Assembly: GCA_030390025.1 (NCBI GenBank)
Contig: CM059427.1
Span: forward strand, 158,720,001 to 158,784,000
Source of the DNA: Squalus acanthias
Taxonomy: Eukaryota
DNA: 64,000 bases
Direction: 5' to 3'
Below the pieces are notes generated by a model that saw nothing but the letters and a program-made list of their open reading frames with translations, was not told the origin of the DNA and ran no database searches. The stretch's first letter is position 1; each line of letters starts with the position of its first letter. Of this stretch, positions 11,809 to 24,486 are shown piece after piece. The position numbers were made by a program, and so were the translations under genes.

Positions 11809-12303
11809 AATAAAGTTTAAGTTAGATTTTTTTTTTTTAAACACAAAATTACAACTGGGTTATAAGACATAAGTAAATTTTTTCTTCCATTTATTGTTAC
11901 AGAAGTAGGAATTTTAAATTTATGATCTTTCCATGCTACACACTTCTCTAGCCAAAATGGTGGGCTGATGATCTGTCCTGAACATGCACCATTTTGTTGG
12001 AGGTAGTTAGGTAGATGACTTACTCTATGGCCTCTGCCAATGCTCTCAAGCTGGAACATGTTCAGAATTTTTCTAGGGTACCTCAATCTAATTTTTGTCA
12101 TCCTTCATGGCCTCTAGGCAACTCCTCCTAATGCACGGATGAGCTTGTTTAGCTTGTTTTGTGGGATTTAAGTTTCTATCCTTGTATGATACCCAAGTCA
12201 ATGATGTTTACTACACTAGAATTCTGTTTCTTAACATTGTAACGTGATGTGATCAAAATAAACGTTGAGTGTAACAAACTTTTAAGAATATGTCGTTAAT
12301 AAA
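11809..12303 (+). terminator. Candidate polyadenylation signals of gene A 3' UTR
   Basis: AATAAA at 11809, 12257 and 12298, each followed by T/GT-rich sequence, in repeat-free AT-rich DNA after the stop. Confidence 0.5.
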
Positions 12304-12958
12304 TCTGTGAAAATTGTCATATATTCCTTTTGGGAAATTTGGAGTTTTGTTCAACTTGCTTGTTGAATTCAAGGGTGTTAATACAATAATCCATATTTTC
12401 ACAGCTATCTAGTGCCTCAGGGAATGGCACTTCTACCATGACACCTTTATAAAAATTGTGCCTTTTATGATCACATGATGTCCTGATCCACTGTTTGAGG
12501 CGCCATTCTAAGCTGCCACCTTGGTTTGTTGTTGGCCATCAATAGTTCTTTGCTGTCCCCAAAAGGGAAAGTTTCTTTTGCTGTTGAGTTTTGATTGTTA
12601 GATCTGTTGGTAGTTAATCTTCCTCTTACTCAGCTTGTGGGTTTACAGAGAGAATCCTTTGAAGATTGTTCAAATTTAAAGTTTACCGGCTCTTTTTCTT
12701 AGCGTATTTGTGGCTTTTTAAAAAATTATCCTGGGCTGCTGTCTACCAAGACGAATTGACACAGCTGATCCCAGTTGGCTCTGTTTGTAGCTGCCGGTGG
12801 GTCCCGGCCCTTGTTTTAAAATTTACATGGAGTGCAACTGATCCTTTGCGGTAACTGATGTCTATGACACCTGTCTCCTGTGTCTCCCATCAGTGCACAG
12901 TTTCTCAATGTGAAGCTTTTCTTGAGCTACTCATTTGTTGAAAGTAGGTCTTGGACTT

Positions 12959-13420
12959 CAGCCGTGGCTCAGTTGGTAGTCCCCTCGTCTCTGAGTCAGC
13001 AGGTTGTGGGTTCAAGTCCTGCTCCAGACACTTGAACACAAAAATCTAGGCTGACACTCCAGTGCAGTACTGAGGGAGTGCTGCACTGTTGGAGGTGCCG
13101 TCTTTTGGATGAGACGTTAAACCGAGGCCCCGTCTGCTCTGTCAGGTGGACGTAAAAGATCCCATGGCACTATTTCGAAGAAGAGCAGGGGAGTTATCCC
13201 CGGTGTCCTGGCCAATATTTATCCCTTAATCAACATCAGTAAAACAGATTATCTGGTCATTATCACATTGCTGTTTATGGGAGCGTGCTGTGCACACATT
13301 GGCTGCCACATTTCCTACATTACAACAGTGACTACACTTCAAAAAAGTACTTCATTGGCTGCAAAGCGCTTTGGGACGTCTGGTGGTTGTGAAAGGCGCT
13401 ATATAAATGCAAGTCTTTTC
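12959..13420 (+). mobile_element. Full-length tRNA-derived Deu-domain SINE (SacSINE1-like)
   Basis: Pol III A box TGGCTCAGTTGG, B box GGTTCAAGTCC, Deu-like core, L2-like tail GTGAAAGGCGCTATATAAATGCAAG. Confidence 0.85.
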
Positions 13421-13702
13421 TTCAGAATCTCAAATATCAACACTTCTTGGTGCAGTGATACCTCAGTTTTCAGCTTCGTGCTAACGTGCATGTCCGCCTC
13501 CAGGTCTGATAAGAAAACAAATGCAATTAGGGAGCATGCAAGACTTCGCTTAAAGATACACTGGTTGAGCCATGCTGCATGTTGGCTCACATTCCAGGGG
13601 AGGAGGTATTGAGTGGGGCTTCAGGTCCCATACAAGCTCCTTCAGTAACAGTCATGTGCCAATTCCACCCCAGACTGGTAGCATATTGACCAGAATGTCC
13701 TG

Positions 13703-15330
13703 TCACCCCTCAGCCTTTTCAAGAGAAAAGAAACCCAGCCTGTTCATCCATTCCTGATAGGTATACCCTCGCATTTCTGGTATCATCACTGTAAATCCTC
13801 TCTGCACCCTTTCCAGTGCCTCTGTATCCTTTTTATAATTTGGTGACCAGAATTGTACGCAGTGTGGTCGAACCAAGGTTCGATACAAGATTAGCATAAC
13901 TTCACTGCTTTTCAATTCTATCCCTCTAGAAATAAACCCTAGTGCTTGGTTTGCTTTTTTATTGCCTTGTTAACCTGTGTCGCTACTTTTGTGTATTTAT
14001 ACTCTGAGATCCCTTTGCTCCTCTACCCCACCCAAACTCACACCCTCCAAGTAATAAGTGATCTCCCTATTCTTCTTACCAAAATATAATACCTCACATT
14101 TATCTGTGCTGAAATTCATTTGCCAATTATATGCCCATTCTGCAAATTTATTAACGTCTTCCTGTAATTTGTTGCAGTCCTCCTCAGTATTGACTATCCC
14201 CCCCGCCCCCAAATTTGGTGTCATCCGCAAATTTAGAAATTATGTTTTTGATTCCAAAGTCTAAATCGTTGATATAAATTGTGAACAGCAGTGGTCCCAG
14301 CACTGATCCTTGTGGAACACCACTTCCCACCTTCTGCCACTTTGAATAGCTACCCTTTACCCCTACTCTCTGCTTTCTGTCTTCAAGCCAACTAGCTGTC
14401 CATTCTGCTACTTGTCCCCTGACTCCGCATTCTCTGACCTTATTCATTAGTCTATTATGTGGTACCTTATTGATGGCCTTTTGAAAATCTAGATAAATTA
14501 CATCTACTTTGTCTACTCTGTTACCACTTCAAAAAATTCAGTGAGGTTGGTTAAGCAAGACTTTATCTTTTGAAATCCATGCTGACTATTGATTATTTTA
14601 GTTTTGGTTTATAGATGTTCTATTTTCTCCTTTAGTAGGGATTCCATTATTTTTCCTACCACTGGTGTTAAGCTGACTGGTCTATAGTTCCCTGGACATG
14701 TTTGATCTCCCTTCTTAAATATAGGTATTACGTTAGCTATCCACCAGTCCTCTGGCACTACACCTTTTTCTAACAAATTATTAAACATGTGTAGTAATGC
14801 CTCTGCTATCTCTTCCCTAGATTCTTTTAAAATGCGCAGATGTAATCCGTCCCGACCAGGGATTTTATCCTCTTTGAGTTTGATTATTTAATGTATCCTC
14901 TTTTTATTTTAAATGCAGTTATCTCATTACTAAACTCATCATCCAATGTCATGTCCACCTGTTCTATCTCCCTGGTAAATACTGAAGTAAAGTAATTATT
15001 TAATATTTCTGCCATCTCTCTATCACTGCCTGTGGTATTATCCTGTCCATTCCTTAGTGGCCCAATTCCTATCCCGACCTTCCTTTTTTTATTTATGTGC
15101 CTGTAAAATATTTTACTGTTTTGTTTTATGTATCTTGATAATTTAATTTCATAGTTCCTCTTTGCCTTCCTAATTTTTTTTGACTTCTCTCCTAATCTCT
15201 TAGTATTCTCCCTTATCATGCTCTCCCCTGCTGACCATGTACTTAAAGTATGCCTCTTTCCTTACCCTCAATGTTTCCCTCATGGCTTTATTCATCCATG
15301 GTGTCTCATTAGTGTTTAGTTTGTTCTTAT
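13703..15330 (-). mobile_element. CR1 LINE ORF2 (RT) fragment, frameshifted
   Basis: Minus-strand ORFs with SGVPQGSVLGPLLFTIYINDLD, KFADDTK, WQMNF, LYRTLVRPH. Confidence 0.9.
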
Positions 15331-16232
15331 TTGTTTAGCTTGTTCTTGTTTGACTCATTTAACTCAAAATACTCATTTGTAGTTTCTAAGGCTAATGCAA
15401 TATACTAAGAATGCTTGAATTGCACACCAGGTTGATCAATATATGAAATAGAAAGATAGAGTAATGTCTGTGTTGGAACCTTTATTAGGGCTGTGGTACT
15501 TCTAGCAGATGGGTGCACTGTGCACCTTGAGAATACTGGAATACAGGTGTGTGGAGCACACTGTAGGAGTCATGGCAAACAAATAAACATAGTACACTGG
15601 GAATCTTAGCGGGCAGAAATTAGAAGTACAAAGATGACCCAAGAAACAAAGTTCGCAAAAGATGTTAAGAGTAGCATTAATGTATTCTTCCAGTACCATA
15701 ACAGTAAAAGAGTCGAGTGGAAGTTAGAATTCTAAAAGATAAGAACCAGTGAAGTTTACAGCAGAGAAGCAGGCAATTTGCCTCCATGTCTGTGCCAACT
15801 CTTTGCTAGAGCAATCCTAAACTAATCCCACTGTCCCTGCTTTAACTACACCCTGTGGCAAAATATTCCATGCCGTCAACAATCCTATGGATAAAGAGTG
15901 AAACTTAAGATAAAAAATTAAAATATTTATATTTTTAAGCATTTACCAAAGGAAGTAACACTAACTTGCTATCTGTTTTTGCCATGTGTGCAAGGAATCG
16001 GTGTGGCAGAGGTACTTGGGACAATAGGCTAACAAATCCCTTGAGCCAAGTAACATGTATCATAGAATAATACAGGAGGCCAATCAGCCCATTGGCATAG
16101 CTCTTTGAAAGAGCTATCCAATTAGTCCCACTCCCCTGCTCTTTCCCCGTAGCACTGCAATGTTTTCCTTTTCAAGTATATATCCAATTCCCTTTTGAAA
16201 GTTAACCTAGGATTCTGACCCAAGCCCATTAA

Positions 16233-16321
16233 TCTGACAAAAGGTCATTGGCCTGAAACGTTAACTCTGTTTCACTCTCAGCCTGACCTGCTGAGTATTT
16301 CCAGCATTCTCTGTTTTTATT
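16233..16321 (+). mobile_element. Penelope-like pLTR remnant with a degenerate hammerhead motif
   Basis: CTGACAAAAGGTCATTGGCCTGAAACGTT..CCTGACCTGCTGAGTATTTCCAGCATT, parallel to 29484-29610. Confidence 0.55.
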
Positions 16322-17094
16322 ATAATGAAGGATTAATTGGGCACAGGTGATATTTTGCAACACTGAGAAATCAAATGTAGTGTCTATTTAAAAAGGTGAA
16401 CAAATCTGACCCAAGCCTATTAATCTGTAAATAAGTGGTCTCCAAAAATAAGTGGAAACTATTCTGAAGGATAGGCTAGAGCAGTACAGTATAGTAATGA
16501 CAGCATAAATTTAGGGGAAAATCCTTCCAGACAAACTTGAATTTGAGGACATAAACTAGATAGTCAAACTCCCTATTACATTTTATTTGCACTTTTTTTT
16601 TTAAACACTACCCAATTTCTATGTTGATAGCCTAGTGATGCTGAGTTGTAGCATTCCTATAATCCTCCTGTCTAAATTTGACTAAATCAGCCCAAATTAT
16701 GGGGTTGAACCAGGGACATTTCCTTGTATGTATATCTCGGCTGCACTAAATAAAATCACTGTGCCATGGAATTGCTTTTTTTTGTAAAGAAAGCTTTTGA
16801 CAAAGCTCTACATGAAAGATAAGCTAAAATCAATAGGAATCCAGTATAAAACATGGATAAGAAATTGGTTGAAAAATAAGAAACAATAATTGTGCAGGGT
16901 GTATTAGCACTCAAGGAAAGGTTTTGAGAGTCCTGCAGAAGTCAATGCTTTGACCTCGCTTGTTTCTAATATACATTAATGGCCTGGCTATCAAAACCAA
17001 ATGTAAGTTTGTGTTACTGAGGACACTAAAATAAGAAACAGTAGAGGCAACAAGAAGTTTATTGCATTTAGACCAGCTTTGCAACTCAGGAGAG

Positions 17095-17490
17095 CAGAGC
17101 TCCTTACAGCAGAGAAGGCTCGGAGGAGATCTGATGGAGGTGTTTAAAATCATGAAGGGTTTAGATAGAGTAAATAAAGAGAAACTGTTTCCAATGGCTG
17201 AAGGGTCGATAACCAGAGGGGACAGATTTAAGTTGACTGGCAAAAGAACCAGAGGCAACATGAGGAACAACTGTTGTATGCAACGAGTGGTTAGGATTTG
17301 TAATGCACGGCCTGATAGGATTCAATAGTAGCCTTCAAAAAGAAATTGGATAAATACTTGAAGGAGAAAAAATTTCAGGGATATGGAGAAAAGAGCGGGG
17401 GAGTGGGATTAACTGTATTGCTCTTTAAAGAGCCAGCGCAGACACGATGAGCCGAATGGTCTCCTTCTGTGCTGTACTATTCTGAGATTC
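17095..17490 (+). mobile_element. CR1 LINE 3' end
   Basis: LQQRRLGGDLMEVFKIMKGLDRV..TRG followed by a CR1 3' UTR. Older CR1 fragments flank it (about 15.7-17.0 kb on +, 17.5-18.1 kb on -). Confidence 0.8.
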
Positions 17491-18445
17491 TAAATACATA
17501 TTAATTTACTGGTTTAAAAAAATGTGCGCAATAAAGAACCCCTGCCCTTTCCCTGTACCCTTTTATTTTTTTCTTTTAGATATTTATCCATTTTCTTTTT
17601 TAAAACTATTACGGATTCTATTACCACCACCGTTTTGGTAGGACATTCAAACAACCCTCTCCATAACAAAGTTCTCCTAACCTCTCCCTTCATTTCTTTG
17701 GTGATCTTAAATTTATGCCCTCTAGTTACTGACTCACTGACCAGTGGAAGTGGGTTTTCCCAATTTACTTTATCAAAATCCCTCAACTTTGAATGCCTCT
17801 ATTAGATATCCTCTTAATCTTGGGTTCTATTGAAAAATCTCCAGATTCTCTTGTAAATCATGCCTGTTTTCCCTGGTGTCATCTTAGGGAATCTCTTCTA
17901 TAACCTCTTGATATCCTACCTAAACTGCGCAAAACTGGACACAATATACTAACTGGGGCGTAACCAATTATTTGTATTGGCTTAGCATTATCTGTTATAC
18001 TCTATACCCCTATTTATAAAATCTAGTATGCCATGTTTTTTTTTTAACTTGTCCTCCTACTCTTAAAGATTATGTACCTCAACCCCCAAGTCTTTCTGTT
18101 CCTCTATTTATTTTTCTGTATATGTCATCCCCTTATTCCTCTCAATGTGTTAACTCAAAGTATTAGATCAAAGGAAGAAGCTTATAATGCTGCCATAAAG
18201 AGTAGTAAGCCTGAGGATTGGGAGGATTTTAGAATTCAGCAAAGGAGGACCAAGAAATTGATAAAGAAAGGGAAATAGAATATGAGAGTAAACTAGCGAG
18301 AGACATAAAAACAGACGGTAAATGCTTCTATAGGTATGTAAAAAGGAAAAGATTAGCAAAAGTAAATATGGGTCCCTTACAGGCCAAGACAGGAGAAATT
18401 ATGATGGGGAATAAGGAAATGGCACAGAAATTAAACAAATACTTT

Positions 18446-19123
18446 GGGCTGGATTTTGTCTTGGGGTCGGGTTGGGGTCGTGTCATCCGCATTTCGTGTT
18501 CCCCCCGACTCCAGATTAATGTGGATGAATGATGCAATTTTCACTTAGTTGGGCAATTGAGTTCCAGCATGTGGGAACCCATGAACTAATTAGTGGTTTC
18601 AGTCTGAAAGTCGCCTCTGATGATGTCATCATTGTTGACTGCCTGGTCTCAGAGACTGTCTGGATGCTGGTGAGAGAGGACCTGCCTGGCTGTTCATGTG
18701 AGTGGACCTGGATGCAAAATGGAGAGAGAGAGAGATCCCCAAGTCCTCTCACAGCAAAAGGCCATGCAGTCTCTGAAGACATTCAATGCAACAGCATCAG
18801 AGGCGATTTTCACACCTAATACTACTACCTTCATGACATCTCCGTTGTAATAGTGGACCTGCAGCTGATAGTCAGCTATCCACTTGTGCTCCCGCCAGGT
18901 TTCACTGGAGTGTTTCACATCAGGCGTACTTCACGTCGGAAAAGGGTTAAACTAGCTAAAACGTTTCAAAATGGCATTACAGAGCCAATTTAGGGCTTGT
19001 TAAGGGCTTTAATGGCCTCTCCCGCCTCTTTGAGGCGGGATGGGGTCGGGACCCCCGACCCCGCAAATTTAACCCCCCACACGCCTCCAAACCCGACTCC
19101 ATGGGTCATTCAAAATCCAGCCC
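18446..19123. mobile_element. PIF/Harbinger-like MITE inserted in CR1
   Basis: TIRs GGGCTGGATTTTG / CAAAATCCAGCCC with a 3-bp TTT duplication. Removing it restores CR1 AACAAATACTTTGTGTCTGTCTTCAC. Confidence 0.85.
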
Positions 19124-20685
19124 TTTGTGTCTGTCTTCACGGAAGACGCAAAAAACTTCCCGGAAACTGGAGAACCAAGGGTCTCGCGAGAATGAGGAAC
19201 TGAAAGAAATTAGTATTAGCAAAAAAGTAGTACTGGAGAAATTAATGAGACTGAAAGCCGATAAATCCCCTGGACCTGATGGCCTACATCCAAGGGTTTT
19301 GAAAGAGATGGCTATAGAGATATAGTGGATGCATTGGTTGTCATTTTCCAAAATTCCATAGATTCTAGAACGGTTCCCACGGATTGGAAGGTAGCAAATC
19401 TAATCCCACTATTTAAGAAAGGCGGGAGAGAGAAAATGGGGAACTACAGACCAGTTAGCCTGACACCAGTAGTAGGGAAAATGCTAGAATCTATTATTAA
19501 AGACATGGTAACAGGGCACTTAGAAAATAATAATAGGATTGGGCAGAGTCAACACGGATTTATGAAAGGGAAATCGTGTTTGACAAATCTGTTCGAGTTT
19601 TTTGAGGTTGTAACTAGCAGAATAGATAAGGGGGAACCAGTGGATGTGGTGTATTTGGATTTTCAGAAGGTATTCGATAAGGTGCCACACAAGAGGGTTA
19701 TTAAACAAAATTAGGGCTCATGGGATTGGGTGTAATATACTAGCATGGATTGAGGATTGGTTAATGGATAGAAAACAGAGAGTAGGAATAAATGAGTCAT
19801 TTTCGGGTTGGCAGGCTGTAACTAGTGGGGTACCGCAAGGATCAGTGCTTGGGCCTCAGCGATTCACAATCTACATCAATGATTTGGATGAGGGGACCAA
19901 ATGTAATATATCCAAGTTTGCTGATGATACAAAGCTGTGTGGGAATGTAAGTTGTGAGGAGGATGCAAGGAGGCTTCAAGGGGATATAGACAGGCTAAGT
20001 GAGTGGGCAAGAACATGGCAAATGGAATATAATGTGGAGAAATGTGAAGTTATCCACTTTGGTAGGAAAAATAGAAAAGCAGAGTATTTTTTAAATGGAG
20101 AGATTGGGAAATGTTGGTGTTCAGAGAGACCTGGATGTCCCTGTACACGAATCACTGAAAGTTACCATGCAGGTACAGCAAGCAATTAGGAAAGCAAATG
20201 GTATGTTGGCCTTTATTACAAGAGGATTTGAGTATAAGAGTAAAGACGTCTTACTGCAATTATATAGGGCCCTGGTAAGACCACACCTGGAGTATTGTGT
20301 ACAGTTTTGGTTTCCTTACCTAAGGAAGGATATACTTGCCATAGAGGGAGTGCAACGAAGGTTCACCAGACTGGTTCCTGGGATGGGGGCGATTGTCCTA
20401 TGAGGACAGATTGAGTAGACTAGGCCTATATTCTCTAGAGTTTAGAAGAATGAGAGCTGATCTCATTGAAACATACAAAATTCTTACAGGGCTTGACAGG
20501 GTAGATGCAGGGAGGATGTTTCCCCTGGCTGGGGAGTCTAGAACCAGGGGTCACAGTCTCAGAGTAAAGGGTCGGCCATTTAGGACTGAGATGAGGGAGA
20601 AATTTCTTCACACAGAGGGTGGTGAATCTTTGGAATTCTCTACCCCAGAGTGCTGTGGAGGCTCAGTCATTGAGTATATTCAAGA

Positions 20686-20926
20686 TGTGGAGATGCCGGT
20701 GGTGGACAAATGTGAGAAGTCGCACAACACCAGGTTATAGTCCAACAGTTTTATTTGAAATCACAAGCTTTCGGAGCACTGCTTACCATGCAGGTACAGC
20801 AAGCAATTGGGAAAGCAAATGGTATGTTGGCCTTTATTACAAGAGGTTTTGAGTATGAGAGTAAAGACGTCTTACTGCAATTATATAGGGCCCTGGTGAG
20901 ACCACACCTGGAGTATTTGTTGGAGG
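20686..20926 (-). mobile_element. Penelope-like 3' tail/pLTR fragment fused to a 135-bp CR1 duplicate, with a 15-bp TSD
   Basis: 20686-20783 matches the pLTR ends at 50776 and 54600. 20783-20917 copies 20162-20296. TGAGTATATTCAAGA occurs at 20671 and 20927. Confidence 0.8.
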
Positions 20927-21249
20927 TGAGTATATTCAAGACAGAGATCGATAGATTTTTGAATATTAAGGAAATCAAGGGATATGGGGATAGTTCAGAA
21001 AAGTGGAGATGAGGTAAAAGATCAGCCATGATCTTATTGAATGGCGAAGCAGGCTCAAGGGGCCAAATGGCCTACTCCTGCTCCTATTTCTTGTTATGAT
21101 ATTTCCCCCAATAAAATTTCATCTGACAGCGCTACACAACCTGGCAACTTGCATTATTCTTACCCCAGTCTGTCTTTTCATAATTACCAAGTCACCTATT
21201 ATTACAGTTATTCCTGCAGTTTTCCCACAAGGAAACTCCTTTCCCTAAT

Positions 21250-21650
21250 GGTCCCTGAGGTGGGCAGGGCTGTTGTGCGGTGCACCATGGGATTGCTGGC
21301 AAGGCCGCCGTCGCGCGGTGCACCGCGGGAGTCCTGGCAGGCAGGGACGCTGCGGCGCGGTGGATTGTGGGGGTTTGTCAGGCCTGTTTCCACTCGCTCG
21401 AGCGGCTGCTGGAGGTAAGAAAGTGGCGTGTAACGGACAGTGGCGGCAAGAGGTTAAATCCCTTTCCATAGAATATGCCGGGCGGAACTGACCCGAAGGC
21501 GGGCGAGGGGGGGGGGTGTGGAAAGAGAGTCAGATTCCTGCTAGTTAACAGGGAGCCTCAGTGGCCGGTCGGTTTTAAACGGCAGTTTGTCATTTGCGGC
21601 CGGAGTCGCCGCCATTTTGTATCAAAGGAAAGAATCTGCAGAAGACGCGC
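21250..21650 (+). promoter_or_regulatory. CpG island, likely promoter and non-coding first exon of gene B
   Basis: CpG-dense, no TIRs, not repeated in the window. Strong donor GAG|GTAAGA at 21414/21415 and YY1 consensus GCCGCCATTTTG at 21608-21619. Confidence 0.6.
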
Positions 21651-21659
21651 AGAGAAAAT

Positions 21660-22930
21660 ACTGAACTACAGGGAGCAGCAATAGGCCTGTGGGAGGGCAA
21701 GAAATAGATCTCCAGGAGGAATAACTAAACCTTCGGAACCAAAATAAACCACTCGGGGAGCAAAAACCTCAGGGATCAACGCATAATCTCCGAGAACCAA
21801 AAAAACCCTGGGGATCAACAAATATACCTCCAGGAACAGCAAAAAAAATTTCAGGGAACAACAAATACACCTCAATGATCTGTAGTGAATCTTAGGGAGC
21901 AAAAAAATAAACAAACTGCCAGCGAGCAACAAATAAACCTCCGGAAAAATAAAGAACCATAGGGAGCAATACACAAATATCAGGGAACACTAAATAAATC
22001 TCAGAGTTGTAAATAAACCGTAGGGATCAAAATTACATCTCCGGGAGCAACAAATAAACCTCGCAAAATGGGGCTAATAAACCTCGGAACATGGGGGGAA
22101 TAAACCTCCCAGGAACAAAAGACAAACCACAGGGAGCACAAATTAAACTATGCGGAGCAACAAATATGAAAATCGGAAAACGAAGGACTGGAAAGGACCA
22201 GCTGGACCATTAGCCTGCCTCATACTGTTGTAGTGTAATTTGTAATCCCATCTGCTATCTCTTGGAAAAGGCAAAATAATATCTTGCATCAATTTTGGGG
22301 GAAAAATGGGAAATTTCTCTCTGCCCCCTGAAGGTGATTAAACAAGTTCCAGGAGATCACAGTGACTGGGATATTTCCCAATGCCCACTTTCCCCCTCCT
22401 GTCCACCCGAGAGGAATGACGGGCCTTGGTTTAATATCATCTGGCAGCATTCGCTCAGTACGGCACTGAAAGCCTTTAAACTAGATAACAATCTCGTGAG
22501 TTTCCTCTGAACCTTTTCCAGGGCCTCTATAGCAGCCCCAATGTGGGGGGGCCAAAATTGGACACAGATGAAGCCTGACCCCAATGCCTTTTACAAGGAC
22601 AGAATAGTATAGTCCTAAAAAAAATCCAACTTTGTAATAGTGGAACAAATAAATAAGCCATAGGAAGCAAAAGAAAGTCCACAAGGAGCAACAACTTGAC
22701 TTGAAACAAAAAAACACAGGAAAACTGAACCTTATGGAGCTGCAAATAATGTCTAGGGCAAAAATCTCAGGGAGCAAGAGATAAATCTTGGAGCAAAAAT
22801 TAAACCTTGGAGCAAAAATTTGAAAGTTAAGCAAAAAATTGACTTCAAGGAGTAAAATAATTAATTTATATGGGGAAATTAATCAATAGAGACAAAGAGA
22901 GCAAAGAATCTCTGAGAGAAATCTTAGAAC
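21660..22930 (+). repeat. Degenerate A-rich ~21-22-bp tandem repeat in two blocks (21660-22170, 22620-22930)
   Basis: Recurring unit resembling CAGGGAGCAACAAATAAACCT. Confidence 0.7.
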
Positions 22931-23124
22931 AAAGAATCTGGTTTATAGAGTAAAAATGCTGACCCTTGGTGGAGATGTCAATAATTTTAAGAGAATGTGT
23001 GCGAAACACGAAACGTCTATGTGGAGAGAAAATAAACCATAGATAGTGTAAGTAGCTGTAGTGGAACTTTATGGAGAAACTCAAAAGTTATGAGGGATAC
23101 AATGAGTGGAAGAGATGGACAGCA

Positions 23125-23495
23125 AGAAGAACTTGCATTTATATAGCACCTTTAATGTAGAAAAATGTTCCATGGTGCTTCACAGAGGCGTAAGGGAAAA
23201 AATGGTTGCCAAAGCAAAGAAGGAGATATTAGGAGAGGTAACAAATCTTGGTCAAAGATGTAAGTTTTAAGGAGGGTCTTAAAGGAGGAGAAAGAGATGG
23301 AGGGGTTCAGGGAAGGAATTTCAGTATTTGGGGTCTAGGCGACTGAAGGCACGACTGCCAATGGTGAGGCGAAAGGGGGTGGGGGAAATGCCAGTGTCAG
23401 AGGAATGTAGAGTTCACAGGGTTTGTAGTGCTCAAGAAAATTTCAGAGATGGGAAGGAGTGAGGCCTTCAAAGGATTTAAACACAAGGATGAGCA
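23125..23495 (-). mobile_element. L2 LINE 3' end
   Basis: Reverse complement of the L2 tail (AACTTGCATTTATATAGCACCTTT..CTTGGTCAAAGA..TTAAAGGAGG). Confidence 0.75.
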
Positions 23496-23730
23496 ATCAT
23501 GGAAGAACGTGAACAGGAGCATAATGAATCTGCCAGGGAGTGATTGGGTTGTAATAAACTTGCTAGAGAGTTAGTAATGAATCTGAGCAAACTAGGTAGT
23601 GATAATGGTGTGAGCAAGAGCATAATGGGTCTGTGATTGAGAAAATAAACGTATTATAAACCTCTAAGGGAGTGAATATTTGCACATTCACAAGTAACCT
23701 ACAAGATAGTAGAAAATTAGTTGTGAGTAA

Positions 23731-24090
23731 GAAACATAGAAGATAGGAGCAGGAGTAGGCCATTCGGCCCCTCGAGCCTGCTCCACCATTCAATGCGATC
23801 ATGGCTGATCGTCCAAATTCAGTACCCTGTCCCTGCTTTCTCCCCATATCCCTTGATCCCCTTAGCCTTAAGAAATATATCTAACTCCTTCTTAAATATA
23901 TTTAATGAATTGGACTCAACTGTCTTCTGTGGTAGAGAATTCCACAGGTTCACCACTCTCTGGGTGAAGAAATTCCTCCTCATCTCAGTCCTAAATGGCT
24001 TACCACTTATCCTTAGACTGTGACCCCTGGTTCTGGACTCCCCCGCCATTGGGAACATCCTTCCTGCATCTAGTCTGTCTAGTCCTGTTA
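23731..24090 (-). mobile_element. CR1 LINE 3' end
   Basis: GLDRLDAGRMFPMAGESRTRGHSLRI..FFTQRVVNLWNSLP followed by a CR1 3' UTR. Confidence 0.9.
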
Positions 24091-24486
24091 ATGATCTGGT
24101 ACTTGAGACCTGGCATAAGAGGGTATGAACCTGTAAAAGCTCACAAGCAAGTAAGGGTGTAATATGTTTGCGAGTGAGCACAAGAGAATAATAAAAATAC
24201 AAAAGCGTTATGGGACATTAGGCTTAAGCGGGACTGAATATGAATATATTAAATTAGAGTGACTAATTTAAATATGAAAGTAAGTCTAAAAAAATAAATA
24301 GAATTATGATTAACTTCCGCACCTGTTTGATTTTTCATGTCTATTTTTGTTATTTTTAAATTTTGCCTGGTATTTTAAGAAGGGCATAAATTTTGTTTTG
24401 TATTTTAAAAAGAGGTCATAAAGACAATCATTTCTATTTTATAATAAACCTGAAAATGGGAGGCTGGTTGTGGACACTTGTTATAT

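Larger units (their letters stand above)
18158..21098 (+). mobile_element. CR1 LINE ORF2 plus 3' UTR, interrupted by a MITE and a Penelope insertion
   Basis: KSPGPDGLHPRVLKE, NYRPVSLT, QHGFMKGKSCLTNL, SGVPQGSVLGP, KFADDTKL, LYRALVRPHLEY, with frameshifts. Confidence 0.92.

Noticed and set aside
12959-13030. tRNA gene
   Set aside because: The A and B boxes belong to a SINE head that continues into SINE body and tail; the same applies at 30389, 43487 and 44595.
16214-16427. 23-bp direct repeat TCTGACCCAAGCCYATTAATCTG
   Set aside because: Lies at junctions of nested CR1/Penelope debris; probably an insertion by-product, and it does not cleanly bracket one element.
21660-22930. CRISPR-like array
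   Set aside because: Degenerate head-to-tail units without unique spacers, no cas genes, eukaryotic context.
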